DNA of 64,000 bases from an uncultured bacterium (GCA_964512995.1 CAZELM010000002.1:18637-82636), one strand, 5' to 3'. Counted from the stretch's first letter, positions 19,396 through 30,428 are shown. The notes: generated from the sequence alone by a model not told the origin. Translations and numbers: made by a program.

Positions 19396-21315
19396 TTAAA
19401 CCGACCGGAAAAAATCCCGGACTTCCTGCAGTCGTTTCACTCGCTGGAAATCTGGCAAACTACGCAAAAACTGATTTCCATATGACTTAGTAGTAAGCCG
19501 GCGATCGAGAATCGCCACCATTCCCTTATCTGTTCTGGATCGAATCAAACGACCGACTCCCTGTTTCAAGACCACGATGGCTTCCGGTAGTTGATACTCC
19601 TTAAATGGCTCTCTCCCATTGGAACGCATATATCGAATACGCGCGTCGGTGATTGGATCGCTGGGAGCGGCAAAGGGGAGTTTATCGATGATCACACACG
19701 AAAGGGATTCTCCAGGAACATCAATTCCTTGCCAGAAGCTGGATGTTGCAAGCAAAACGGAGTGAGTATCTTCGCGAAACCGTTCCACCAACACATTCCG
19801 GGGAGCATCTCCCTGAACGATCAAGGTGTAATCCAGACGGTCTTTGATGGCAGATCGGATCGCATTCATCCCACGGTAACTGGTGCATAAAACGAATGCC
19901 CGACCCCGCGTAATCTCCAACAGACGAACAATCTCTTCCGCCGCCGTTTGGAAAAATGCCTGATCTCCAGGATCGGGAAGGTGTTCAGGTAAATATAAAA
20001 TCGCCTGCTCTGTGTAGTGGTATGGTGACGGATAAATTTTCCGTTCCACATCTCCCAAACCCAATCTGCGAACAATATGATCGAAACAATCATTGGCAGT
20101 AAGCGTTGCGGAAGTGAAAAGGACTGGTTTTTGCGGGTTCAAGATGCTTCTGGAGAAATCGGAAGCGATATCCAAGGGATTGGCATGAAGGATGTTTGTG
20201 GTCGCTGCATGTTCAAACCAGTAAACAAAGTCTGGTTCCGCTTGAGAGTTAAGGAATTTGATCGCGCCTGTGAATTCGCTGATTTTTGCGGAATATTCAT
20301 CTTGTAATTCTCCAGGAATACCCGTCTCCTGTTTGATGGTGATCGCCAGCTCATTCAGGGAATCGATCAATGAGCCGGCGAGTCGGCTGGCGTCTTTGTT
20401 GTATTTTTTTTCGAGAAGAAATCGGCCTTCTCCTTTTCCAAAAAAATCAAAAAACATGGATGCTGCACTTTTTACTGCGTCCATGGGTGCGGAAAGTTTC
20501 CACTGTGTCTTCCTGTCGGTTTTTTTTGGCTTCCAGTCTGAGAGAAGGGTCAGCAGGTCGAGAATCTCTGATAATGAAATCCGAATACCAAACGCTTCGG
20601 TGGCGACTTCATCCAGCAGGTGCGCTTCATCGAAAATGATTCCATCCACATTGGGGAGGACCGCACCCATGCGTTGCTGCCGAAAAATCAAATCCGCAAA
20701 AAACAGATGATGGTTCACGATCACCAGTTTTGCGTTTTGGGCTTCCATTTTCATGCGCAGTACAAAACACTTGGGATTATAGTGACACCGGCTCCCAAGG
20801 CACGTTTCATTACGGGAACAGATATACCGCCAGAGTCGGGACTGATCGGGTAAAAATGACAGCTCCGACTGATCCCCTGTTTGCGTCGTTTTCAGCCACT
20901 CGGTGATTTTGGGGAGCAGCGATAGTTCCAGTGGATCGATCATGCCATGCGATATTTCAGCATGCTCCCATCGGTTCCAGCAAATGTAATTTTGACGTCC
21001 CTTCATGAGCACGGCTTTGACAGGATTGTCGAGCAGGCGATTCAGGAGCGGGATATCCTGAAAATAGAGTTGCTCCTGAAGATTTTTGGTGCCTGTGGAG
21101 ATCATCACGTTATGTTCCCAGAGCGCCGCGGGGAGGAGGTATGCGAGGCTTTTGCCGGTACCTGTGCCGGCTTCTGCCAGCAGACACGTACGTTGTTCGA
21201 ACATTCGGGCGGTATCCAATGACATCTGAAGCTGTTGAGACCGAAACTCAAAATTCGATTTAACATTGGATAAACGACCGGTTTCACTGAGTACCGTATG
21301 TATAAATGCCTGCAT
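19396..21315 (-). CDS. dinG: ATP-dependent DNA helicase, DinG/XPD (Rad3) family with an Fe-S domain.
   Basis: Walker A EAGTGTGKS, DEAH box IIFDEAHLL and a four-Cys cluster (CWNRW...CSRNETCLGSRCHYNPKC) are present, together with the C-terminal helicase motifs. Confidence 0.85.
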   Translation of the reverse strand: MQAFIHTVLSETGRLSNVKSNFEFRSQQLQMSLDTARMFEQRTCLLAEAGTGTGKSLAYLLPAALWEHNVMISTGTKNLQEQLYFQDIPLLNRLLDNPVKAVLMKGRQNYICWNRWEHAEISHGMIDPLELSLLPKITEWLKTTQTGDQSELSFLPDQSRLWRYICSRNETCLGSRCHYNPKCFVLRMKMEAQNAKLVIVNHHLFFADLIFRQQRMGAVLPNVDGIIFDEAHLLDEVATEAFGIRISLSEILDLLTLLSDWKPKKTDRKTQWKLSAPMDAVKSAASMFFDFFGKGEGRFLLEKKYNKDASRLAGSLIDSLNELAITIKQETGIPGELQDEYSAKISEFTGAIKFLNSQAEPDFVYWFEHAATTNILHANPLDIASDFSRSILNPQKPVLFTSATLTANDCFDHIVRRLGLGDVERKIYPSPYHYTEQAILYLPEHLPDPGDQAFFQTAAEEIVRLLEITRGRAFVLCTSYRGMNAIRSAIKDRLDYTLIVQGDAPRNVLVERFREDTHSVLLATSSFWQGIDVPGESLSCVIIDKLPFAAPSDPITDARIRYMRSNGREPFKEYQLPEAIVVLKQGVGRLIRSRTDKGMVAILDRRLTTKSYGNQFLRSLPDFQRVKRLQEVRDFFRSV

Positions 21316-21325
21316 GATCTGCTGA

Positions 21326-21997
21326 TCAATTGTGGATGAATGTTATGCTGTTGACGATCTTTTCCATTTCAGGGATATAATCCTGGAATGTGGTATCCGG
21401 AGAAATATACACGATGCCAATCCAGCGTTTCTGATGTTGCATGGCAAAGATGGAAACGCGGCGGGATACGCCATATTGTTCCCGAGGGAAAATCAGGAAC
21501 TTACAATCGAGCGTTATCTGGAACTTTTCAACACCATTCTGGGTAGTATGGTTACGGGAGATATAGTTGATGTCTTCAGCACCCAGACGCTCCAACATCC
21601 ACTCCACAAAACCATCTGGAAATGTTTTCCTTACCAACTCTCGTACACCAATCATAAAAAACTGGCTGTTTCCGTCCACATGGTCGAACGACATATCGAA
21701 CTCCGGATAGTTTTTATATTTCCAAATGGAGGCATCGGGCCATTTCATTTCAATCCCTGCTAGGATATTTCGATACACACCGTCTTTTACATATCGATTT
21801 AAGGCTTTATTTTCCAGTTCGCTTTCGGTGGCACAGTGTGAAAACGCGCAAAGGATGCTGAAAATGACAAGGTTTTTCAGAATGCTAGGGTGCATGACAT
21901 TATGACTCATGAAATCAATCCATCTCCTTAAAATTCCGGTATGGGTGGAACTGTTTTGAAATGCGGAAGCATTGTTGGTAACCGATGAACAGGACAA
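21326..21997 (-). CDS. Hypothetical secreted protein.
   Basis: An internal start (MSHNVMHPSILKNLVIFSILCAFSHCA) gives a signal-peptide-like N-terminus. I recognise no domain. Confidence 0.4.
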   Translation of the reverse strand: MSCSSVTNNASAFQNSSTHTGILRRWIDFMSHNVMHPSILKNLVIFSILCAFSHCATESELENKALNRYVKDGVYRNILAGIEMKWPDASIWKYKNYPEFDMSFDHVDGNSQFFMIGVRELVRKTFPDGFVEWMLERLGAEDINYISRNHTTQNGVEKFQITLDCKFLIFPREQYGVSRRVSIFAMQHQKRWIGIVYISPDTTFQDYIPEMEKIVNSITFIHN

Positions 21998-22006
21998 ATG
22001 TTCTTA

Positions 22007-22035
22007 TTGACAAAAATAACCCCCAATCTTATATT
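22007..22035 (+). promoter_or_regulatory. Near-consensus sigma70-type promoter (TTGACA, 17-nt spacer, TATATT) upstream of rpoD.
   Basis: Read directly: ttgaca at 22007-22012, a 17-nt spacer, and tatatt at 22030-22035. It lies about 135 nt upstream of the rpoD start, or about 165 nt upstream of the alternative start. Confidence 0.5.
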
Positions 22036-22169
22036 AGAGGTTTGGGCTTTTGTCCGGTAAAGCCTAATTACATGGAAGCAGATGGCTTCTTATCCCATCA
22101 AGGGTTTCTAACCGCTTTCAACGGACAGCTAAAGCATACAGCAGAACAGCCCATTAATCTACTATTATA

Positions 22170-23951
22170 ATGCCATTTGGTAAGAGGAGGGCTGAAAAGA
22201 AAATGGCAAAAAATCCCACTATTGATCTAACGCCCATCATTACTTTAGGAAAACAGAAAGGGTATTTGACTTTTTCGGATTTAAACCAGTTTTTGCCCGA
22301 GAATATCATCTCTCCAGAAGAAATCGATATGATCTTCCATCAACTGGATTGCATGAATATTGATATTGTTGAAGATTCAAAATTGAATGACTATCGGCAG
22401 GCGAAGATTGAAGAGCGGAAGGCTGCGGAGGAAAAGGAGAGTGAAACGACTCGTCCGGAAGAGTCTGTTCCGGATTCTTCTGATGATCCTCTGCGGTTAT
22501 ATTTCAAGGAAATGGGTTCGGTATCGCTTCTCGATCGCGAAGGTGAAATCCGGATTGCTCAGAAAATCGAAGCCGGAAAGCTGGATGTGATCAACGCCGT
22601 CTCCAAAGCTCCCCTGATGATTCAGGAAATTCTGAAGATGAAGGAATCGTTGCTTCTCGGTACCACTTCGTTGGATATGTTGCTGAATGTCCCGGAAGAT
22701 GAAGAGCTTGACCGTGAAAAACTGATGTCTGAAGTTCTTGAAAAAATTGCCAGGGTAGAAGAAATTTGGCTCTCTTTCCGGAATCTAGAAAAAAAACTGG
22801 CTTCCAAAAAAATCTCTGATGCAACTCGACGCAGACTCGAATCTCAGCTCGCAGAAGAAGAAGAAAATCTGGTCGCGCAGATAACTCTATTGAACCTGAA
22901 CTACACATTTGTAGAAAAAATCTGCTCCAAAATCGAAGATTTTGTCCTTCAAATGATCAGTTACCAACGGGAAACCGACCGTCTGCTCCGTTCCGTCGGG
23001 TTGGATGAGGAAGCGTTATTTAATTTTCTGAAGCTCTATTCTGACGGAGATGACGCAAAACAAATCGACCTGGGAGCGCGGGAAATAAAAGTATCGGAGC
23101 TGAAAGAGATCTGTCATCGAATTGATCATGCCAAGGAATCCATCACCAATCTGGAAAAAGATATACAAGCTCCCATGGAAACCGTTAAGCGGATCCTGCA
23201 GGCGATCAGTTTGGGGCGAGCCAAGGAGCGAGCCGCTAAGAAACAACTAACCGAAGCCAACCTCAGGCTTGTCGTATCGATTGCCAAAAAATATACCAAC
23301 CGAGGGCTTCAATTTTCAGATCTCATTCAGGAAGGCAATGTGGGATTGATGCGTGCGGTTGATAAATTCGAATATCAGCGCGGTTACAAGTTCTCCACAT
23401 ACGCCACCTGGTGGATCCGACAGGCCATTACCCGGGCGATTGCCGATCAAGGTCGTACTATTCGTATCCCCGTTCATATGATCGAAACAATCAACAAACT
23501 CATTCGAACATCCAGACTACTCGTTCAAGAAAAAGGAACTGAACCAACGTGTGAAGAAATCGCCGATAAAATGGAAATGCCTGTCGACAAAGTCCGGCTC
23601 GTTCTGAAAATGGCGCAGGAACCGATTTCATTGGAGACGCCGATCGGTGAAGAAGAAGACAGTCAACTGGGTGATTTCATCGAAGATAAGTCCGCTGAGT
23701 CACCCTCCGATGCAGTCATCAATATGAATTTAAAGGAACAGGTACAGGCGACGCTCGCAACACTGACACCACGCGAAAAAATGGTCCTCCGGATGCGATT
23801 TGGAATCGGAGCTGGTTATGAGCATACATTGGAAGAAGTCGGAGAATACTTTGCTGTCACACGCGAACGAATCCGCCAAATCGAAGCAAAAGCACTTCGA
23901 AAACTTCGCCATCCCAGTCGCCGGGACAAACTCAAAGCATTCTACAGCTAA
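22170..23951 (+). CDS. rpoD: RNA polymerase primary sigma factor (sigma-70).
   Basis: Region 2 ([63 protein letters not shown]) and region 4 ([32 protein letters not shown]) are both recognisable. An alternative start is MAKNP at 22203. Confidence 0.95.
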   Translation: MPFGKRRAEKKMAKNPTIDLTPIITLGKQKGYLTFSDLNQFLPENIISPEEIDMIFHQLDCMNIDIVEDSKLNDYRQAKIEERKAAEEKESETTRPEESVPDSSDDPLRLYFKEMGSVSLLDREGEIRIAQKIEAGKLDVINAVSKAPLMIQEILKMKESLLLGTTSLDMLLNVPEDEELDREKLMSEVLEKIARVEEIWLSFRNLEKKLASKKISDATRRRLESQLAEEEENLVAQITLLNLNYTFVEKICSKIEDFVLQMISYQRETDRLLRSVGLDEEALFNFLKLYSDGDDAKQIDLGAREIKVSELKEICHRIDHAKESITNLEKDIQAPMETVKRILQAISLGRAKERAAKKQLTEANLRLVVSIAKKYTNRGLQFSDLIQEGNVGLMRAVDKFEYQRGYKFSTYATWWIRQAITRAIADQGRTIRIPVHMIETINKLIRTSRLLVQEKGTEPTCEEIADKMEMPVDKVRLVLKMAQEPISLETPIGEEEDSQLGDFIEDKSAESPSDAVINMNLKEQVQATLATLTPREKMVLRMRFGIGAGYEHTLEEVGEYFAVTRERIRQIEAKALRKLRHPSRRDKLKAFYS

Positions 23952-24002
23952 TAATCCACGAATCTTTTCCAGAAACGACTTATTGCCGACCACCATTAAC
24001 TG

Positions 24003-25391
24003 ATGAAGGTTATTCTCGCCCGTCCCTGGAATCATACATCGATGCTGATCCCCAATCACGGATTGGGGTATCTCGCGGGAGCGTTGAAACGGGACGGGCA
24101 TGATCCTATGGTTATCGACTGCATCCGGGACACGCTCTCGCCACAGCAATTCCTTGAAACCATCCGGAATCACCATCCGGATGTGATTGGTTTTCAAGTT
24201 TATACGTTTGATCTGCCGATCTTACAGGAATATATCGATCGGTTACAGCATGAAAAGATTACGATTATTGCCGGAGGACCTCATCCATCCGCAGATCCCC
24301 ACTCATTTGCCCATCAGTTTCCCGAAATTGACTTTTTTTTTCGTGGAGAAGCCGATCTCGGACTTCCTCGGTTGATTCATTTATTACACAACAATACAAT
24401 TGATGAGTCTGCCCTGCGGAGTATACCCGGTCTGGTCTGGCGCTCCGGACAGTCCATTCAACTCAACCCATGCGCCTACCCAGACGATCTGGACACACTG
24501 GGCTTCCCCGACTGGGATCAGATATCACCATTGTCATACCCGGTTGCACCCCAGGGCACATTCACCAAACGGCTCCCATACGCACCCATCATAGTCACCC
24601 GGGGGTGTCCATACCCATGTTCATTCTGCGCCGGCAAACTTATGAGCGGCAGAAAGATACGATCACGAACAGCGGACCATGTCATTTCTGAACTGCGGTT
24701 TCTGGTCGATCGCTACGGAATCCGTGAATTTCATATTCAGGACGACAATTTCACATTCCATCGGGAGTTTGTGCTGGAGTTTTGCCGGAAACTGCAGGAA
24801 AGCCGTCTGGATCTGGCCTGGGCCTGTCCCAATGGCATCCGGCTCGATTCTTTGGATCCAGAGGTCTTACATGCGATGGAGTCTGCCGGGTGTTACTCGG
24901 TAGCCGTCGGCATCGAATCCGGGTCACAACGGATACTCGATCTGATGCAAAAACGTGCATCACTCGCTGATCTCTGTGCCAAGGTTCATCTGATCCGGAA
25001 GACGACGGCCTGGTATCTCACGGGATTTTTTATCCTGGGCTATCCCGGTGAAACGGAAGAGGAGATCAAATCTACCATCCGTTTATCCAAAAAACTTCCA
25101 CTGGATAAGGCCAATTTTGGCATCCTGATGCCTTTGCCCGGAACAGTGGCTGCCATCGAGGCGGAGAAATGGGGATGGACTCCCGGAGAAAATCAGACGC
25201 GAATGAGTGAATATCGAAGTCAATTCATATCACAGGGAATCTCTCCCGGGAAATTCCGGTGGCTTTTTCGGTGGGCGTTTATCAGTTTTTATGCCAGACC
25301 CCGGATCATTTACCGATTCATCTCCCAGATCAAATCCTGGGACCAGATCAAAATTCTCTGGAACCGGTTGAAAGATGTGATCCTCCCATGA
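24003..25391 (+). CDS. B12-binding-domain radical SAM protein (class B rSAM).
   Basis: The N-terminus is cobalamin-binding-like (VILARP...VIGFQVYTFDLP). The CxxxCxxC motif is RGCPYPCSFCAG. Confidence 0.85.
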   Translation: MKVILARPWNHTSMLIPNHGLGYLAGALKRDGHDPMVIDCIRDTLSPQQFLETIRNHHPDVIGFQVYTFDLPILQEYIDRLQHEKITIIAGGPHPSADPHSFAHQFPEIDFFFRGEADLGLPRLIHLLHNNTIDESALRSIPGLVWRSGQSIQLNPCAYPDDLDTLGFPDWDQISPLSYPVAPQGTFTKRLPYAPIIVTRGCPYPCSFCAGKLMSGRKIRSRTADHVISELRFLVDRYGIREFHIQDDNFTFHREFVLEFCRKLQESRLDLAWACPNGIRLDSLDPEVLHAMESAGCYSVAVGIESGSQRILDLMQKRASLADLCAKVHLIRKTTAWYLTGFFILGYPGETEEEIKSTIRLSKKLPLDKANFGILMPLPGTVAAIEAEKWGWTPGENQTRMSEYRSQFISQGISPGKFRWLFRWAFISFYARPRIIYRFISQIKSWDQIKILWNRLKDVILP

Positions 25392-26434
25392 AGCTTCTTA
25401 AAATGATCCGTCAATGGCCTTTCTCATATTTCCTTCACACACCTTACACGTGTAACATAAAGATCACACAACGATGCAACCTGAAATGTCACTTCTGCGG
25501 ATTGTGGTGCAGCGCTGCCCGTCGGGAATTGGCACTGCGGGATTACTTCCGAATGGCCGACCTACTTCGACAGTCTGGCCTGGCTCGGGTGGTGATCACA
25601 GGTGGAGAGCCGTTTCTGCGGAGTGATTTACCGGAAATCGTGAATGGATTTGCACGCCGATCCTTTTCCACAACGCTGCTCACCAATGGCACCCTTGCGA
25701 CTCGAGAATCTCTGATGAAGCTGTATGATCTGGGTCTGAACGATATTGGCATCTCCCTGGATACGCTGGATCCTCAGAAACAAGCACAGATTTGTGGAAA
25801 TGACGATGTCTGGCATCGAGCGGTCCGGACCATCCGCGAGAGTGTTGACATTTTTTCACGGGGTATTGTTGAAGTTCTGATTACGGTTTCTGCGGATAAT
25901 CTTCATGAGATACCGGAGCTCGTTTCCTTTATCGAGAACGATCTGGGAGCCTGGGCGGTTGTCAATCCGATCAACATACCCGCGGGTGAACACGCCTTTT
26001 TAAGTGCGCCGAAACACCACTCACTTCCATTGCCTGCTGAGCAGGTGGATCATATTTATAATATGCTTATCACAATGAAGCAACAAAGACACCGGCTCTT
26101 AGTTTCGGAAAAATTTCTGGAGGATTCACGGTCTTATCTGAAAACCGGGGATTATCGATGGAAATGTGATGCCGGCCAGCGTTATTTCACTGTTTTTTCC
26201 GATGGTGCGCTGGCTCCCTGCAGCGATACTCCAGCAATCGCCAATATCATGGACATGACTCCCGGTGATTTTCGCCAGCACTCATTCATCACCAAAACAC
26301 AGGACATCAGAGCTTCATGCGGCGGATGCATTTTCTCCTGCTGGCGGGAAGCCAGCTATCTCTTCACTGAACCAACCGTCTGGAAAGAACGGATTCTGAC
26401 ATCTCTCCATCTCGTAGCATCGAAAAGGAAGTAA
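25388..26434 (+). CDS. Radical SAM protein with a C-terminal SPASM/twitch-like Cys cluster.
   Basis: CNLKCHFCGLW is the CxxxCxxC motif, and the C-terminus has CSDTP...CGGCIFSCW. I prefer the start at the ATG at 25388, which overlaps the upstream stop (ATGA); the track ORF begins at 25259. Confidence 0.75.
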   Translation: MKLLKMIRQWPFSYFLHTPYTCNIKITQRCNLKCHFCGLWCSAARRELALRDYFRMADLLRQSGLARVVITGGEPFLRSDLPEIVNGFARRSFSTTLLTNGTLATRESLMKLYDLGLNDIGISLDTLDPQKQAQICGNDDVWHRAVRTIRESVDIFSRGIVEVLITVSADNLHEIPELVSFIENDLGAWAVVNPINIPAGEHAFLSAPKHHSLPLPAEQVDHIYNMLITMKQQRHRLLVSEKFLEDSRSYLKTGDYRWKCDAGQRYFTVFSDGALAPCSDTPAIANIMDMTPGDFRQHSFITKTQDIRASCGGCIFSCWREASYLFTEPTVWKERILTSLHLVASKRK

Positions 26435-26438
26435 GCTC

Positions 26439-27965
26439 ATGGATCGATTGGATCAGTATCGTGTGCTGCTCATGCGACCACCTTTTACCCGATTGAAGGG
26501 AGTTGGACAAGCACCTTATTTTCCGTTGGGTATCGGATATATCGCCGCCGTGTTAAACCAGTTGCCAGGTGTCACAGCAGAACTGTATTACTCCGAAAAT
26601 CCCCTGCCCGGTGAACCGACGTTTATTGTTGATAAAAAAGGCGTCTTTCACTCCAGATCAACCGCTCAATCCCAGTATTTCCAGGCATTGGAAATGGATT
26701 CTCACCCGGTATGGACGGAGATCCGGAATGTGCTCAGACAATTCAGACCGGATATTCTGGGTTTGAGTGTGCTGACTCCCGAAGCAGGTTCAGCGTTCAA
26801 AGTAACTCAGATTGCCAAGGAGTTATTTCCTGCGTGTCATGTTGTCTGGGGTGGTGTACATCCCACCTATTCGGTGAAAGAGACACTGGAACTCCCCGGT
26901 GTCGATTATGTTGTGGTGGGTGAAGGGGAATACTCGATGCGGGAGCTGGTTCTGGCGCTGCAGTCAGGCGGCTATCGAGGTTCCATTCCCGGTGTCATCA
27001 GCCGGAGGGAATCTGCCGAGGGATATCAGCAGCGGGAGTTGATTCCAGATCTTGATCGATTGCCTTTTCCCGATCGGAAACATGTTATCTTCCCGGATCG
27101 GTTCTCTCCTGTTGCAATGGGCAGTCTGATGCATAGCAGGGGTTGTCCATGGCAATGCGGATTCTGCTCCTCCCGGCACTTCTGGAATGAACGAGTTCGA
27201 TTCCGATCTCCAGAACAGATTACCGCTGAAATCGCGCAACTCATCCGGGACTACCGCATCAAAACATTCACATTCTGGGATGATGCGTTCACAATAGACC
27301 GTGCTTTGACGCAAACATTATGTGAATCGATCATTGCGATGAAAACACGAATCGCCTGGCGAACAGCCACTCGCATGGATTTACTGGATGATCCGATGCT
27401 GCGTCTGATGAAACGAGCTGGGTGTGTTCAATTGGAGTTGGGAATAGAGAGTGGCAGTTCCCGTATGTTACAACTTATCAAAAAAGATATTGAATTGAGT
27501 CAGGTGCGGGAAATCATTGAGCGTGTCAGTGCACATGGGATGGCATGTGGTGTATTTTTTATGGCCGGATTTCCCGACGAGACGATGGCTGACCTTGAAG
27601 CGACGTATCAGTTTATGCAGACGATCCAGCCGGCCGAGATTGTCTTGAACATTTTCGATCCGATGCCAGGTTCGGAGCAATTTCATCGTGCCATCAATTT
27701 GGGTCTGCTGCCACTAGAAATTGATTACCTTCGATTTCCACTTTGGCCGGATGCTCATTATATTAAAGGAATGAAACCGGTGGAGTTCAATGTGATGGTG
27801 GACAAAATTTCACGGTATGTTTTTCAATATAATTCCAGCCGCATCGCTTTTATGAGGCGAGCCAGACCGGAAGCATTACAGCTTTTGAGATCCGATCCCA
27901 AGGTTCTGCTTCAAAAAGCATTGCGCGTCCTCAAACACCGATTCCGGAATGGTGGATCACACTAA
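26439..27965 (+). CDS. B12-binding-domain radical SAM protein (class B rSAM); second copy.
   Basis: The N-terminal B12-binding-like domain is followed by RGCPWQCGFCSS. The overall architecture is similar to 24003..25391. Confidence 0.85.
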   Translation: MDRLDQYRVLLMRPPFTRLKGVGQAPYFPLGIGYIAAVLNQLPGVTAELYYSENPLPGEPTFIVDKKGVFHSRSTAQSQYFQALEMDSHPVWTEIRNVLRQFRPDILGLSVLTPEAGSAFKVTQIAKELFPACHVVWGGVHPTYSVKETLELPGVDYVVVGEGEYSMRELVLALQSGGYRGSIPGVISRRESAEGYQQRELIPDLDRLPFPDRKHVIFPDRFSPVAMGSLMHSRGCPWQCGFCSSRHFWNERVRFRSPEQITAEIAQLIRDYRIKTFTFWDDAFTIDRALTQTLCESIIAMKTRIAWRTATRMDLLDDPMLRLMKRAGCVQLELGIESGSSRMLQLIKKDIELSQVREIIERVSAHGMACGVFFMAGFPDETMADLEATYQFMQTIQPAEIVLNIFDPMPGSEQFHRAINLGLLPLEIDYLRFPLWPDAHYIKGMKPVEFNVMVDKISRYVFQYNSSRIAFMRRARPEALQLLRSDPKVLLQKALRVLKHRFRNGGSH

Positions 27966-28927
27966 TGACCTGGTTCGCAGATATTTTCAGGTGGATATTC
28001 TATTTTCCGTTTCGATCCCTGGTCACACGCTTACCCCGCCCCATATTTCGCCGTATCGGCTATCTTTTAGGAGATATCTCTTATTTCTTACGAAGAACTC
28101 GTGCCCGTATCGCAAAGGAAGAGCTCCGGAGCACCTTCGCCGGTTATATGGACAACACGGAGATTCCTCATGCCGTGCGAACTGGAATGCGCCTCTCCAT
28201 TGCAAATCTGTTGGAAACATTTTGCTTTCCTAAAATCAATGCATCGAACATCAAGCGATGGATCAGGCTGGACGGGTGTCAGTATCTGGAGGATGCTTTG
28301 GAAAATCAGCGGGGTGTTATCATAGTGATCGCACACTTTGGAGCGAACCAGATGATTATTCCCGCATTGGGATTCCGAAGATTCCAGATTCATCAACTTG
28401 GCAGCCGACCCGAAGATTGGAATCGGCTGTCAGGCATCCAGCCTTCTCCAGTCCAAAAAAAAATGTTTCAGGTGCGCCTAGAGATGGAAAAACATCTTCC
28501 AGCTCAATTTATTTATATCGACCGATCGATGCGACCGGTCTATGACTGTCTGAAAAAAAATGGCATTTTGATCATGGCTGCGGATGGAAGAGCGGGTAAC
28601 CGGTTTTTGAAAACCCGATTTGCAAGCCGTTATATTCAACTCTCTTCCGGTCCTTTTCGCATTGCTAAGGCAACTGGAGCTGTTTTGCTGCCGGCCTTCC
28701 CGGTTTGTGACTATGATGGTGTTCATACACTGCATATTCAAAACCCAATCCTAGTGCCGGAGTCAGCCGATGATTCGCAATGGGCGGTAAAGGCGGCAGA
28801 GCTTTTTGCAATAAGATTAGCCATTCAAGTTCTTACTCACCCGGATCATTATAGTTCGTTGCTTGCTGAAGCACGAATTCGGGCGGATACTGATCCGATA
28901 CCTTTAATAAGTGATGATCCATCATGA
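27965..28927 (+). CDS. Membrane-associated acyltransferase, LpxL/HtrB-like (LPLAT superfamily).
   Basis: There is an N-terminal hydrophobic segment, and an HFGANQ motif sits in the position of the HxxxxD/E acyltransferase motif. It overlaps the upstream stop as TAATG and the downstream start as ATGA. The assignment is tentative. Confidence 0.4.
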   Translation: MTWFADIFRWIFYFPFRSLVTRLPRPIFRRIGYLLGDISYFLRRTRARIAKEELRSTFAGYMDNTEIPHAVRTGMRLSIANLLETFCFPKINASNIKRWIRLDGCQYLEDALENQRGVIIVIAHFGANQMIIPALGFRRFQIHQLGSRPEDWNRLSGIQPSPVQKKMFQVRLEMEKHLPAQFIYIDRSMRPVYDCLKKNGILIMAADGRAGNRFLKTRFASRYIQLSSGPFRIAKATGAVLLPAFPVCDYDGVHTLHIQNPILVPESADDSQWAVKAAELFAIRLAIQVLTHPDHYSSLLAEARIRADTDPIPLISDDPS

Positions 28928-29937
28928 CGGGTAAACCAATCCCATCCCCAACGATTTCCATCGTCATCCCATGCCGGAACTCACACCACACACTCAAACA
29001 GGTATTGGATGTTCTGTCACAATTGAGCCCAAACGCATTCGAGATCCTGTTGATCGATGATGGATCAGAGGTATCATTGGAAGACATCGCACGGGAGTAT
29101 GGCATTCGCTTTCATCGAATCTTTCCGGGACAGGGACCTGCACAGGCTCGAAATGTCGGCGGAGAATTATCACAGGGAGATATTATTCTCTTTTTGGATT
29201 CGGATGTAATACCGCCCGTAGATATTATTGCTCAATTACAATATCGATTTATCATGATTGCAGGGCTTGTAGCTGTTCAGGGTATCTATAATGAAAAAAC
29301 TCCTGCGACAGGTCTGTTCTCGAAATACCAGAATTATTATTATCATCTGGCTTTTTTTTCGAATAGCAGCGACTTTCCAGCAATCTGTGCAACATACTGT
29401 TTTGCGATTCGGAGAACGGTTTTTCTTGAAATGGGAGGCTTTGATACTCGAATCCCCAATCCCACGGTAGAGGATGAAATCATGGGTTATCGACTGATGA
29501 CTTTTCATCATCCGATCTTTCTGGACCGGCAGTTACAGGTCACTCATCTTGCCCAATACCGGATCGGAAGTTTCTTTCGTCGAAAGATGAGGATGAGCAT
29601 TGCTCAGATAAAAAGTCTGATGCGAGGGAATTATCCACCGATCCGCGATCATCAAAAAAATGAGAATCATAATCAGACGCATCATTCCGAACAAATGATT
29701 TTCAGCACAGGTCTCGCGCCACTTCTGCCGATTCTATGGATCATCTATTGGCCATCCGGCCTTCTGATTACTTTGATCTATTGTTATCTGAACGTAACAT
29801 TCTGGCGGTATTTATTGCATCGGGAACCAATCTGGCGATTGGTATCTCTGATTGCGATTACGTGGCTGGATCAGATAGCGATTTTCATGGGAATCTGCAT
29901 AGGAGCTTTGGATTTTTGGATGGGGCGGCGATATTAG
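28924..29937 (+). CDS. Glycosyltransferase family 2 with C-terminal TM helices.
   Basis: ISIVIPCRN, LLIDDGS and LDSDV are GT2 DxD-type motifs. The C-terminus is hydrophobic (LPILWIIYWPSGLLITLIYCYL). Confidence 0.8.
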   Translation: MTGKPIPSPTISIVIPCRNSHHTLKQVLDVLSQLSPNAFEILLIDDGSEVSLEDIAREYGIRFHRIFPGQGPAQARNVGGELSQGDIILFLDSDVIPPVDIIAQLQYRFIMIAGLVAVQGIYNEKTPATGLFSKYQNYYYHLAFFSNSSDFPAICATYCFAIRRTVFLEMGGFDTRIPNPTVEDEIMGYRLMTFHHPIFLDRQLQVTHLAQYRIGSFFRRKMRMSIAQIKSLMRGNYPPIRDHQKNENHNQTHHSEQMIFSTGLAPLLPILWIIYWPSGLLITLIYCYLNVTFWRYLLHREPIWRLVSLIAITWLDQIAIFMGICIGALDFWMGRRY

Positions 29938-30152
29938 TTCCTGATCTTCAGATTGCTTGCCTGACATATACAGAAAAACAGGATCAAGAAAAATATGATT
30001 TGATGAGTGACGGATACGGCCGAGAAACACCTTGACAAAGATTTTTATGGGGACTAAGTTTTAACCGCTGGTGCTTATTAGTATGGAATTTGATAATTGA
30101 ATCCGATCATTCCATATTATTATGATTTCAAAATCACAAGGAGACTCTCGAA

Positions 30153-30428
30153 GTGACCAAAGAAGACATTGTCAACCGAATTTGGGAAAACCTGGACCTA
30201 AGTAAAAAAGATGCGGCCGAAGTCGTGGAACGCCTTCTTCTTTGTTTCAAAGATGTTCTTAAAAAAGAAGATAGACTAAAAATAGGGGGTTTTGGTGTCT
30301 TTGAAGTGCGGCGTCGGAAAGCACGATTGGGCCGAAATCCAAAAACAGGCGAGAAAGCCGAGATCAAAGAAGGCTATACCATCAAATTCAAACCTGGGAA
30401 AACACTCAAGCAAGCCATTTCAAAATAA
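30153..30428 (+). CDS. hup: DNA-binding protein HU (HU/IHF family).
   Basis: GTG start. Contains GGFGVFEVRRRKARLGRNPKTGEKAEIKEGYTIKFKPGKTLKQAI, the HU arm signature. Confidence 0.9.
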   Translation: MTKEDIVNRIWENLDLSKKDAAEVVERLLLCFKDVLKKEDRLKIGGFGVFEVRRRKARLGRNPKTGEKAEIKEGYTIKFKPGKTLKQAISK

